DNA of 64,000 bases from Abditibacterium sp. (lineage in GTDB: Bacteria > Armatimonadota > Abditibacteriia > Abditibacteriales > Abditibacteriaceae), in the NCBI GenBank assembly GCA_965246885.1, contig OZ251992.1, forward strand, positions 1,568,001-1,632,000, in the 5' to 3' direction. Below the pieces are notes generated by a model. That model ran no database searches. It had not been told where the DNA came from and worked only from the letters and a program-made list of their open reading frames with translations. The position numbers were made by a program, and so were the translations under genes. Below are positions 1-8,232 of the stretch, one piece after another (the first letter of the stretch is position 1; each line of letters begins with the position of its first letter).

Positions 1-599
1 GAAGCTAAACCGCCCGCGCACAAAGCCGTTTTGCCGAGGGCAAAGGTGAACTTCAACGGGTCAGGTTTGGGAACAATGTCCCCGCCGCCATCGAAGGCCC
101 ACAGCGAGATTCCGTCCACGTCGTCGTTACTGAGGTGGGCGGTGTTGGTGTATTGCAAGCGCAGGTGGTAGACCTGACCGGCGGTGAACGATGTTTTGCC
201 ATACGGGGCGAGGGTGACGAAGGTCGAATCGAACTGCTCGAAACCTTGGCCTTGGCCCGCACGGTCAAGAACTTTCACACCATCTATCCACACACTCGTG
301 CCGTCATCCGATAGCAACGCTAACTTACTGGCGCTCGCGCCGGGTGCCGCCTTGAAGTAGCCATCATACCAGCGCGTTTCCAACACCTTGCTTTTGTAGA
401 AGGGCGTCGCGTTGATTTGCGCCATCGCCGCACTTTTCACCGACTCATACGGCAAACCGCCCATGTTCAAGAAGATGGAGCCGCTTGGGTCGCCCGTCAA
501 GGGGAGCGGCGAGGCTTCCGTTTGAGCGAAAGATGTGCGCGCCGTGCCAAACAGGGCAAGCGCGCAGCAAGCAACACGGAAAAATGTGGAGAACTTTAT
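1..599 (-). CDS. Secreted PA14-like domain protein, runs off the left edge; probable ATA start at 599 (first ATG at 464)
   Basis: Own translation, not in the ORF track: IKFSTFFRVACCALALFGTARTSFAQ (signal peptide-like) ... LLSDDGTSVWIDGVKVLD ... GQVYHLRLQY (PA14-like). The frame is open to position 1. Confidence 0.7.
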   Translation of the reverse strand, partial: MKFSTFFRVACCALALFGTARTSFAQTEASPLPLTGDPSGSIFLNMGGLPYESVKSAAMAQINATPFYKSKVLETRWYDGYFKAAPGASASKLALLSDDGTSVWIDGVKVLDRAGQGQGFEQFDSTFVTLAPYGKTSFTAGQVYHLRLQYTNTAHLSNDDVDGISLWAFDGGGDIVPKPDPLKFTFALGKTALCAGGLA

Positions 600-1387
600 C
601 GGGATACGGTGGGTGTCGGGAGCGTTGCCAGACGTTGTTGAAGCGGCGCCCGCAAAAAAGCGAACCCCTTGGCGTTATCGGGTTTCATGCGCCCCAACAA
701 CACGAGGGCGCGTTGCAAGTCGGCGCGCGGCGCCTTCGGCGGCGCAACCAACAGCGAAGCGAGTGTGCCGCGCGCCCAATCGAGCGTGTTGTCGTCCACT
801 CGAAGGGCGCCACCCCTGCCGAGCAACCATTCCAACACGCGCTTTTGGGCGGGAGTTTCTCCGGCGTTGCCAAACGCCGACACCGCCCCTTCCAATGTGC
901 GTTGCCGCGAGGGGTAGGATTGAACGGATGTGTTCGCCAACGCCAGATTGGGCAACAAGAATCCGCTATAGATGCGGGCGAGCAACCATTTCTCGTTTGG
1001 CAAATGGCCCGCGACGAAGTTCGTCGCTTCGTTTGCCAGTAAAAAACCCTGCTTGCGACCTCGCTCGCCTTTGCGGCTAAGAAACTCCTGCGATAGGAAT
1101 AAGGCTTGGCCGACCAAACGGAACTGCGACGGCGCGTCAGTGGGCAGCGTGGTTTGGCTTGTCTCCCACCACTGGATAGGCGAGTCAGAAACGGGCAGGG
1201 CCGTTTCCATCTTTGCGCCCGCCTTAGAAGTTATATATACGAAAACTTGGGCGCGCTGCGAAGCGGGCGAGGGAGAAGCCGCCGCTTTGGGCGGCGCGAC
1301 GGCGCGCGGAGAAGCGTTCGCTCCCGTCATGCCCGCAAGAGCCAGAAGCGAATAAAAGAAAGGCGCGGCGCGCTCACTCTTTCTCAT
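596..1387 (-). CDS. Hypothetical secreted protein
   Basis: Track ORF 596..1465 trimmed to the ATG at 1387, which gives a signal-peptide-like N-terminus (MRKSERAAPFFYSLLALAGMTGANA). Confidence 0.6.
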   Translation of the reverse strand: MRKSERAAPFFYSLLALAGMTGANASPRAVAPPKAAASPSPASQRAQVFVYITSKAGAKMETALPVSDSPIQWWETSQTTLPTDAPSQFRLVGQALFLSQEFLSRKGERGRKQGFLLANEATNFVAGHLPNEKWLLARIYSGFLLPNLALANTSVQSYPSRQRTLEGAVSAFGNAGETPAQKRVLEWLLGRGGALRVDDNTLDWARGTLASLLVAPPKAPRADLQRALVLLGRMKPDNAKGFAFLRAPLQQRLATLPTPTVSR

Positions 1388-1510
1388 CTGCCGGGAATTG
1401 TAGCAAGAACTTAAGAGAAGCGCAAGAGAGTTTTTTGAAGATTGCAAGGAAACTTTCCGGGGCACGGGAAGTGACAGTCAAATCGGTCGCCTCATACAAG
1501 CCGAAGTCGG

Positions 1511-1720
1511 CGTAGATTGGAACGAAGTTGTCGTAAATTAGGAAGTCGACGGCGTAAGTTAGGAAGTTGACGGCGTGAATTGAGAAGAAGTTGTCGTAAA
1601 TCAGCAAGTAGACGGCGTAAGTTAGGAAGTAGACGGCGTAAGTTGCGAAGAAGTTGTCGTAAATCAAGAAGTTGGCGGGATAAATCAGCAAGTTGACGGC
1701 GTAAATCAGGAAGTTGGCGG
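1511..1720. repeat. Tandem array of 10 x 21-bp degenerate units with a 63-bp higher-order period
   Basis: Units such as CGTAAATTAGGAAGTCGACGG, CGTAAGTTAGGAAGTTGACGG and CGTGAATTGAGAAGAAGTTGT; units 1, 4 and 7 end in GAAGTTGT. Confidence 0.95.
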
Positions 1721-1847
1721 CGAAAAAAAGCGAGGTGTGGGCGCCCGCGAGGAAATTGGATAAAATGGGAAGGCCCCTGCTGGAGATGAAGCGCGAAAAT
1801 GTATGGACGCGCGAGTTGCTGGCGTAGTTCGGGGCGCACAAGACACC

Positions 1848-3032
1848 ATGAGCATCCGCTTCTTCTCATCCGAGTCCGTGACCGAGGGCCATCCCGACAA
1901 AATGGCCGACCAGATTTCTGACGCCGTTCTCGACGCCATCCTTAAAGACGACCCGCACGCGCGCGTCGCTTGCGAGACGTTCCTGACGACCGGCATCGTC
2001 GTCGTCGGCGGCGAAATCTCGACCAAGACGTATGTCGAAATCCCGACCGTCGTGCGCAAAGTCGTGAAGGAAATCGGCTACGTGCGCGCCAAGTTCGGCT
2101 TCGACTACCTGACGGCGGGCGTCCTCAACGCCATCGGCCAGCAAAGCCCCGACATCGCGCAGGGCGTCACCAAGAGCCTCGAAACGCGCGAAGGCAAGGC
2201 CGACAGTTCGCACTACGACGAAGTCGGCGCGGGCGACCAAGGCATGATGTTCGGCTTCGCGTCCAGCGACACCGACGTGTTGATGCCGCTCCCCATCACC
2301 CTCGCGCACGCGCTGTGCAAACAGTTGGCGGAAGTCCGCAAAAACGGCACCTTGAAATGGCTGCGCCCCGACGGGAAGTCGCAAGTCACCGTCAAATACG
2401 AGAACGATATCCCCGTTTCCGTCGAGAAAGTGCTGATCTCCACGCAGCACCACCCCGAAGTCGAGGCCGACGAAATCCGCGCGGGCGTCATCGAACACGT
2501 CATTCAGCCCGTGTTGGGCGACAAATACTTCCGCCCCGAAATCGAGATTTTCGTCAACCCAACGGGCCGCTTCGTCATTGGCGGGCCGCAAGGCGACGCG
2601 GGCTTGACGGGCCGCAAGATCATCGTGGACACCTACGGCGGCATGGGACGGCACGGCGGCGGCGCCTTTTCGGGCAAAGACCCCACCAAAGTGGATCGCT
2701 CCGCTTGCTACATGATGCGCCACATCGCCAAAAACATCGTCGCGTCGGGCCTCGCCACGCGCTGCGAAACCCAAGTCGCCTACGCCATCGGCAAAGCCCG
2801 CCCCCTGTCCGTCTACGTCGACACCTTCGGCACCGGCAAATACGACGACGACCGCATCACCAAGGCCGTCGAACGCACCTTCGACCTGCGCCCCAAGGCG
2901 ATCATAGAACACCTCGACCTCCTGCGCCCCATCTACCGCAAAACGGCGGCGTATGGTCACTTTGGCCGGACAGAGCCAGAGTTCGTGTGGGAACACGTGC
3001 ATAAAGCCGACGCGCTGACGAGCGCGATTTAG
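1848..3032 (+). CDS. metK: S-adenosylmethionine synthetase
   Basis: [17 protein letters not shown] and GGGAFSGKD motifs; ATG at 1848. Confidence 0.98.
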   Translation: MSIRFFSSESVTEGHPDKMADQISDAVLDAILKDDPHARVACETFLTTGIVVVGGEISTKTYVEIPTVVRKVVKEIGYVRAKFGFDYLTAGVLNAIGQQSPDIAQGVTKSLETREGKADSSHYDEVGAGDQGMMFGFASSDTDVLMPLPITLAHALCKQLAEVRKNGTLKWLRPDGKSQVTVKYENDIPVSVEKVLISTQHHPEVEADEIRAGVIEHVIQPVLGDKYFRPEIEIFVNPTGRFVIGGPQGDAGLTGRKIIVDTYGGMGRHGGGAFSGKDPTKVDRSACYMMRHIAKNIVASGLATRCETQVAYAIGKARPLSVYVDTFGTGKYDDDRITKAVERTFDLRPKAIIEHLDLLRPIYRKTAAYGHFGRTEPEFVWEHVHKADALTSAI

Positions 3033-3038
3033 GCAGAC

Positions 3039-3071
3039 GAAGGGGAAGAAGGCGCTGCTTTCTTCCCCTTC
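3039..3071 (+). terminator. Hairpin after metK
   Basis: GAAGGGGAAGAA-N9-TTCTTCCCCTTC directly after the stop codon; weak U-tract. Confidence 0.5.
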
Positions 3072-3083
3072 AAACTTTCCGTT

Positions 3084-3704
3084 ATGCCCACCAAAAGCAT
3101 CTTCAAAGCCGTTTTGACCGGGGATGAAGAGTCGCTGTTAGCCCTCATCAAAAAGGGCGCCGACCTCAACGTCAGGGATAAGCAGGGACTTCCGCCTTTG
3201 CATTGGGCCGCGTATCGCGGTGTCAACAACACACTGCGGCTCTTAATAGAACACGGCGCCGAGGTCAATACGGCGAATAACATCGGTTACACGCCTCTTA
3301 TGGCTGCTTCGCGCGAGGGGCGCACCGAAACTGTGCGCCTCTTGTTGGAATACGGCGCCGACATCCACGCCCAAAGCAACGATGAAAGCACCGCCCTGAC
3401 TTTCGCCGCGACCTACGCTCATGTGGGCGTCGTGGAGTTGCTTTTGGAACACGGGGCGTCTGTGCAAGGCAAGGGCGCTGACGCCGCTTTGTTGGGCGCG
3501 GCGTGGAACGGTATCAGCCAAAGCGTGGCCGCTTTGATAGCGGCGGGCGTCAACATTCGAGCAACGAATAAAGCCGGAAAAACGGCGTGGGATTTGGCGA
3601 GTGAGGTAGGCCGCGCCGAAGCGGGTCGCGCGGCGGTGAGGGAAGTTTTGAAGAAAGCCAAAGCAGCCCGCCTGAACGCCGATGTATCACCAGATGAGGA
3701 GTGA
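3084..3704 (+). CDS. Ankyrin repeat protein
   Basis: Repeated GxTPLHxAA...LLIEHGAxVN-type motifs. Confidence 0.93.
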   Translation: MPTKSIFKAVLTGDEESLLALIKKGADLNVRDKQGLPPLHWAAYRGVNNTLRLLIEHGAEVNTANNIGYTPLMAASREGRTETVRLLLEYGADIHAQSNDESTALTFAATYAHVGVVELLLEHGASVQGKGADAALLGAAWNGISQSVAALIAAGVNIRATNKAGKTAWDLASEVGRAEAGRAAVREVLKKAKAARLNADVSPDEE

Positions 3705-3710
3705 CGAACC

Positions 3711-4307
3711 ATGCCCGCAACCAACGAGATTCGCGCTGATTACGACGCGCGCGGTATTACCATCTATCAGGCATATGGGGCGGCGATTGCGCTGCCCGCG
3801 ATTCGAGAGCAACGCTTTGTGTCGCCGTTCTCGCTCGCGCGCATGACTTGGATAAAACCGTCGTTTCTGTGGTTGATGGAGCGGAGCAACTGGGCGCAAA
3901 AGTCGGGACAGGAGTTCGTTTTGGGCGTGCGAATCTCGCGGAGCGGCTAGGAAGAAGCGTTGTCGGTGGGCGTTCTTACGAGTTACGAGCCGTCCGTTCA
4001 CGCCAACCCACGAGCATGGCGGGATGAGTTCGAGCGGGCCACCGTCCACGTTCAGTGGGATCCCGAACGCTCGATTCGCGGCGCCGATGTGGGTTGCAAC
4101 AGTATCCAAATCGGCATCAGGCGCCACCTCATCGGGCGATATGTGGATGAATGGGTGCTGGAAATCCAAGACCTCACGCCATCCGTGCGAAAAATCCACG
4201 CCCTCATCAAAGCGGGCCACGTTGACAAAGCGCGAAAGCTACTGCCGAGCGAACGCCCCTACCCCGTGAACGCCGAAGTTGCGAGAAGGTTGGGCATGGC
4301 GAAGTGA
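3711..4307 (+). pseudogene. DUF4291 family protein interrupted by an in-frame TAG at 3948-3950
   Basis: [31 protein letters not shown] and VQWDPERS motifs lie in one frame across the stop (ISRSG*EEAL). Confidence 0.8.
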
Positions 4308-4337
4308 ACAGTGGCACACTCTGGCGGAGAAAATCTG

Positions 4338-4550
4338 ATGACGCATCTCCAAGAACAACTGGTTCACGAAGTCGAGCGGCTGGACGAGAGCGACTTGCGC
4401 TCTCTCGCGCAGTTCATTTCATTCCTCAAGTTCCGCGCGCAGGGCGCGGATGAAGACGCGCGCTTTTGGCAGGGCGCGAGTGCGTCGGCCCTCGACGCGG
4501 TGTGGGACAACCCGGAGGACGATGTGTATGGCGAGCTACTCAAGGCTTGA
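4338..4550 (+). CDS. Putative type II antitoxin (DUF2281-like)
   Basis: 70 aa, acidic C-terminus WDNPEDDVY, GGAGA RBS, overlaps the toxin start. Confidence 0.75.
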   Translation: MTHLQEQLVHEVERLDESDLRSLAQFISFLKFRAQGADEDARFWQGASASALDAVWDNPEDDVYGELLKA

Positions 4551-4875
4551 GGTCGTGCTGGTGCGCTACCCGTTCACGGATTTGACGGGTTCCAAAGTGC
4601 GTCCGGCGATTGTGGTGTCGGACGCGCACACGTCGCAAGACTTAATCGTTGTCGCGCTCACAAGCCGGACTGCGAACCTGCTGGCGGGCGAGTTCGTTCT
4701 CGCTGAATGGGGCCAAGCCGGGCTGAACTTGAAGACCGCCCTCAAGCGGGGCATCTACACGGTCGAAGAATCGCTGGTTCAAAAAGGGGTTTGGCTGTTG
4801 GAGGCCGGGGATGCCCTCCGCCTCGACCAGTCTTTGCGGATGTGGCTCGCTCTTCCTCAAAACGAAACCCCATAG
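4528..4875 (+). CDS. PemK/MazF family toxin
   Basis: VVLVRYPFTDLTGSKVRPAIVVS...VVALTS signature; ATG at 4528. Confidence 0.9.
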   Translation: MASYSRLEVVLVRYPFTDLTGSKVRPAIVVSDAHTSQDLIVVALTSRTANLLAGEFVLAEWGQAGLNLKTALKRGIYTVEESLVQKGVWLLEAGDALRLDQSLRMWLALPQNETP

Positions 4876-4880
4876 TAGGC

Positions 4881-7088
4881 CTACCGCGCCTTTAACACCC
4901 ACACCCGCGCCGAGAAGTCGCCCTCTGATTGGAATTGGAGGCCCGCGTGCATGAGGGCATCGCCGCCCAAGACGAGTGGCGCGGGCGTGTCGGCGGATGG
5001 TGCGCTCAGTTCAACGGGGGTGAGTTCGTAGTCGCGGGCGGGGTTGAGTCCGGCGAGTTTGAGGCGGGCGAGGGGGGCGTTGGGAACCGCAAGGGTTTGC
5101 ACCCACGTCACGAGGGCGGCGTTTTGGTCGGGTGCGACGAACATCCATGCGCTTTCGTTTTGGGCGCCCCGAAAGACGGATTGGAGGGCGTAGTAATCGC
5201 CGCCGTGAATGAGGGCGCGGTGTTCCTTGAAGAACGCGACTTGCGCTTTGGTCGCGGCTTGGTCTTCGGGGGAGAGTTTGCCGAGGTCGAGTTCGTAGCC
5301 AAAAGTGCCCGCAAGCGCGACGGCGGCGCGGGTGGAAAAGGGCGTGGTGCGGTGGACTTGGTGGTTGGGCACGTCCGAAACGTGCGCGCCCATCGAGACG
5401 CTCGGATAAGCGAGCAGGGTGCCCTCTTGGATGCGCAAGCGCGCGACCGCGTCGGTGTTGTCGCTGCCCCACACCTGCGGCATGAAAGGGAGCAGGCCCA
5501 AGTCGAAGCGCCCACCGCCGCCGGAGCAACTCTCGAAAAGGACTTTCGGAAAGCGGCGCGTCAGTTCGCCCAACACGCGATACAAGCCGAGGATGTAGCG
5601 GTGCGCCGTTTCGCGTTGCTGTTGCGGCGGCAAAAGCGCGGAGCCGACTTCGGTCATGTGGCGATTCATGTCCCACTTGATGTAGCCGATGTTCGCATCC
5701 GACAGAACTTTGGAAAGCGTCTCGATGAGGTAGTCTTGGACGTCGGCGCGCGACAGGTCGAGGATGAGTTGGTTGCGCGCTTCGGTGCGGCGGCGGTCGG
5801 GGGTGTGCAAGCACCAGTCGGGGTGCGCGCGGTAAAGGTCGGAATCGGGCGACACCATTTCCGGCTCCAGCCACAAACCGAACTGAAGGCCCAAGGCATT
5901 CAAGCGGTTAGCGAGGGAACTGAGTCCGTGCGGAAACTTGATCGGGTGCGGCGTCCAATCGCCCAGCGAGGTCGTGTCGTCGTCGCGCTGCCCAAACCAG
6001 CCGTCGTCCATGACCAATAACTCGATGCCCGCCGCGCTTGCCGCCTCGCCCAAACGGACGATGGTTTCTTCATCTATATCGAAGTAGGACGCTTCCCACG
6101 AGTTGACCAAGACCGGGCGTGGCTTGTCGCGCCACTCGCCCCGACACAGGCGCGTGCGAATCAGCGCGTGAAACGCCCGCGACATCGAGCCAAAGCCCTG
6201 AGCCGAATAAACCATGACCGCTTCGGGCGCTTGGAACGCCTCCCCCGGCAAGAGTTGCCAGCCGAAATCGAAGGGGTTGATGCCCGTTTGCACCCGCGCC
6301 ACGCCGAACTGGTCTACCTCGACCTGACCCAAATGGTTGCCCGAATACACGAGGTTAAACCCCCACACTTCGCCGCTTGCTTCGTTCGCGTCGGGAGAAC
6401 ACAGCGCGAAGAACGGGTTTTGAACGTGCGAACTCGCTCCGCGCCGCGACTCGATGGACTGCACTCCGGCGCGAAGCGGCGCGCGCACAATGTCCCGCTC
6501 GCGCGCCCACGCGCCGCTTAGATGCACGAAGTGGTAGTCGCTCGTCGGAAAATCCACGCTCGCCGACAAGACGCGCCGTAACTGCAACGGCGACGCGGAG
6601 CGGTTCTCGACGCGCACGCTCCGCGTGATAGCGCCTGCCTCGAACGCGGTGTAACTGAGAATCAGCGCCGCGCCCGACACGGCGTCGAGCAGTTCGAGTT
6701 CCAGCGTTTGCGCTTCCGCGTCGTCTTCGACATAAAACGACGGCAAACCCGCCAACTCCAGCTTGCCCGCGAAGATGCGGTGCGAATGGTAGATGAACTC
6801 GCCTGCCGTCGCGCCGTTCGCGCTTTGAATCTCCACGAGCGGCGAGCGGAAATCGCCGCCGCCGAAGGCGGGCGCTTCTTGGGGCAGTAGGTCGAGCGAG
6901 AACCCATGCGAAATTTCCGGCGAAAACGCGCGGCCCCGTCGCTCGCCTAACAAGTGCGTCCCGTTCGCTTCCCGCAACGGCGACCCGAAATACAAGTGCG
7001 CCACATGGCCAGACGGCAAAACGGACAAGACGTAAGAGCAGGCGCGCGTTTGGAGGTGGAAGACCCCGTCGGAAAAAGTGATCGGCAT
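4881..7088 (-). CDS. Alpha-galactosidase, GH36
   Basis: NSWEA, VMDDGWFG, GLWLEPEMV, YIKWDMNR, ESCSGGGGRFD and SDNTD motifs. Confidence 0.95.
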   Translation of the reverse strand: MPITFSDGVFHLQTRACSYVLSVLPSGHVAHLYFGSPLREANGTHLLGERRGRAFSPEISHGFSLDLLPQEAPAFGGGDFRSPLVEIQSANGATAGEFIYHSHRIFAGKLELAGLPSFYVEDDAEAQTLELELLDAVSGAALILSYTAFEAGAITRSVRVENRSASPLQLRRVLSASVDFPTSDYHFVHLSGAWARERDIVRAPLRAGVQSIESRRGASSHVQNPFFALCSPDANEASGEVWGFNLVYSGNHLGQVEVDQFGVARVQTGINPFDFGWQLLPGEAFQAPEAVMVYSAQGFGSMSRAFHALIRTRLCRGEWRDKPRPVLVNSWEASYFDIDEETIVRLGEAASAAGIELLVMDDGWFGQRDDDTTSLGDWTPHPIKFPHGLSSLANRLNALGLQFGLWLEPEMVSPDSDLYRAHPDWCLHTPDRRRTEARNQLILDLSRADVQDYLIETLSKVLSDANIGYIKWDMNRHMTEVGSALLPPQQQRETAHRYILGLYRVLGELTRRFPKVLFESCSGGGGRFDLGLLPFMPQVWGSDNTDAVARLRIQEGTLLAYPSVSMGAHVSDVPNHQVHRTTPFSTRAAVALAGTFGYELDLGKLSPEDQAATKAQVAFFKEHRALIHGGDYYALQSVFRGAQNESAWMFVAPDQNAALVTWVQTLAVPNAPLARLKLAGLNPARDYELTPVELSAPSADTPAPLVLGGDALMHAGLQFQSEGDFSARVWVLKAR

Positions 7089-7103
7089 GGAAGCCAGAAG
7101 ATT

Positions 7104-8150
7104 TTAACGCGCGGGGCTTTGAGGGTGGAACAGGATGAGAAGCAAAGCGGCGGCGCCAACCAGTTTGGCGACAGGCGACCCGACCACAATGTTGAGCGCG
7201 CTCATGCCCGCGTACGCGCCCAACCCCACGCGCAGCGCGCCCACCGCGCCGCCGCGAACCGCGCATCGTCCGACACACAACACCCACGCCCCCCAACCGA
7301 ACGCGAACGCCCACAACGGCATGCCACGCGAGAAAGCGAGTGCGCCCACCAACAACACGGGCAAAAAGGCGGCGCCCAGCCATGCGCTGCGCCCGATGGA
7401 CAAACGGCCCGCGTCGGGCGACGACTGGCCCGCATCGGGGAACGACGACCAAGCACCGGGCCGCGTCCGACCCGCGCCGGGAAATGTTCCACCCGCACCG
7501 GGGAATGTTCGCCCGGCGTCGGGCGCTCTTTGCCAAGCGCGGGGAGCCGTCCACCCGCCCCGCCATAGCGAAGCCGCGACTACGCTTGCGCCGATGCCCG
7601 CCCACAATCCCCAAAAACCGGGCGGCGCGGTGTGTGGGCGCTGCGAGAAGTACGTCGTAGAAATCAGCGCGACGACCAGCAAAAGCGCGCCCGCCGACCA
7701 CCCGGACAGCCACGTCGCTCCGGCGGTTTGCGGGCGCAATCGCTCGATCAGCAGAAGCGGCGTCACGATGGCGAACAGCGAGTGATACGCGCAAATGACC
7801 AGCAGCCAACCCCAGTTGACGCCGCCCGCGCCGACGTGCCCATCGAACAAGCCCCAAGGAACATGGCGGTTGAGAAACAGCGTCTTGGCGACGAGTCCCT
7901 CGTTGAACAACCCGTAGCCAAACCCCGCGAGTAACAGCCCGCCCAATGATACCCCACGCCGCAACGCCCATTCGCGCAGCAGCAAAATGGGAAACCCGTA
8001 AATTGGAATCAGCCCCCACGCATGAGTCACGAAATCCCAAGGCGTGCCATTCGAGGACAGCACCTCGGCCATGAACGGGCACACGAGACACAGTGTCGCC
8101 GCCGAAATGCGGGTGTCGCGGCGTGTGGGGCGGTGGAGGGATGTGGTCAT
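7104..8150 (-). CDS. Hypothetical multi-pass membrane protein with a heptad-repeat loop insertion
   Basis: Several hydrophobic helices (YGLFNEGL motif). Start moved to the ATG at 8150 because the track start lies inside the REP-like element. Confidence 0.7.
   Translation of the reverse strand: MTTSLHRPTRRDTRISAATLCLVCPFMAEVLSSNGTPWDFVTHAWGLIPIYGFPILLLREWALRRGVSLGGLLLAGFGYGLFNEGLVAKTLFLNRHVPWGLFDGHVGAGGVNWGWLLVICAYHSLFAIVTPLLLIERLRPQTAGATWLSGWSAGALLLVVALISTTYFSQRPHTAPPGFWGLWAGIGASVVAASLWRGGWTAPRAWQRAPDAGRTFPGAGGTFPGAGRTRPGAWSSFPDAGQSSPDAGRLSIGRSAWLGAAFLPVLLVGALAFSRGMPLWAFAFGWGAWVLCVGRCAVRGGAVGALRVGLGAYAGMSALNIVVGSPVAKLVGAAALLLILFHPQSPAR
7408..7554. repeat. About 7 x 21-bp degenerate tandem units, in frame within the membrane protein gene
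   Basis: CCCGCGTCGGGCGACGACTGG, CCCGCATCGGGGAACGACGAC, CCCGCGCCGGGAAATGTTCCA, CCCGCACCGGGGAATGTTCGC; encodes QRAPDAG-RTFPGAG-GTFPGAG-RTRPGAW-SSFPDAG-QSSPDAG. Confidence 0.85.
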
Positions 8151-8157
8151 GCCATTC

Positions 8158-8225
8158 GTAGGGACGCTGCTTGCCGCGTCCACCTCGAAACGCTTTGAAG
8201 AGGACGCGGCAAGCAGCGTCCCTAC
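8158..8225. repeat. GTAG-type REP doublet (REPIN-like)
   Basis: Perfect 24-bp inverted arms GTAGGGACGCTGCTTGCCGCGTCC with a 20-bp spacer; each arm is itself palindromic (GGACGC...GCGTCC). Confidence 0.85.
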
Positions 8226-8232
8226 GGTCTGT

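Noticed and set aside
1511..1720. CRISPR array
   Set aside because: Contiguous degenerate 21-bp units with no constant repeat plus unique spacer structure, and no cas genes in the window.
1721..1847. SAM riboswitch upstream of metK
   Set aside because: No recognisable SAM-I or SAM-II core motifs by eye; an Infernal scan would be needed to exclude it fully.
1866..3002. Long antisense and alternative-frame ORFs (also 4929..6020, 6355..8091, 17445..18587, 18651..19913 and others)
   Set aside because: Shadow ORFs of well-supported genes, expected in high-GC DNA, with no protein motifs.
3948..3950. Genome-wide TAG recoding or pyrrolysine
   Set aside because: metK and glmS terminate at TAG exactly at their expected C-termini.
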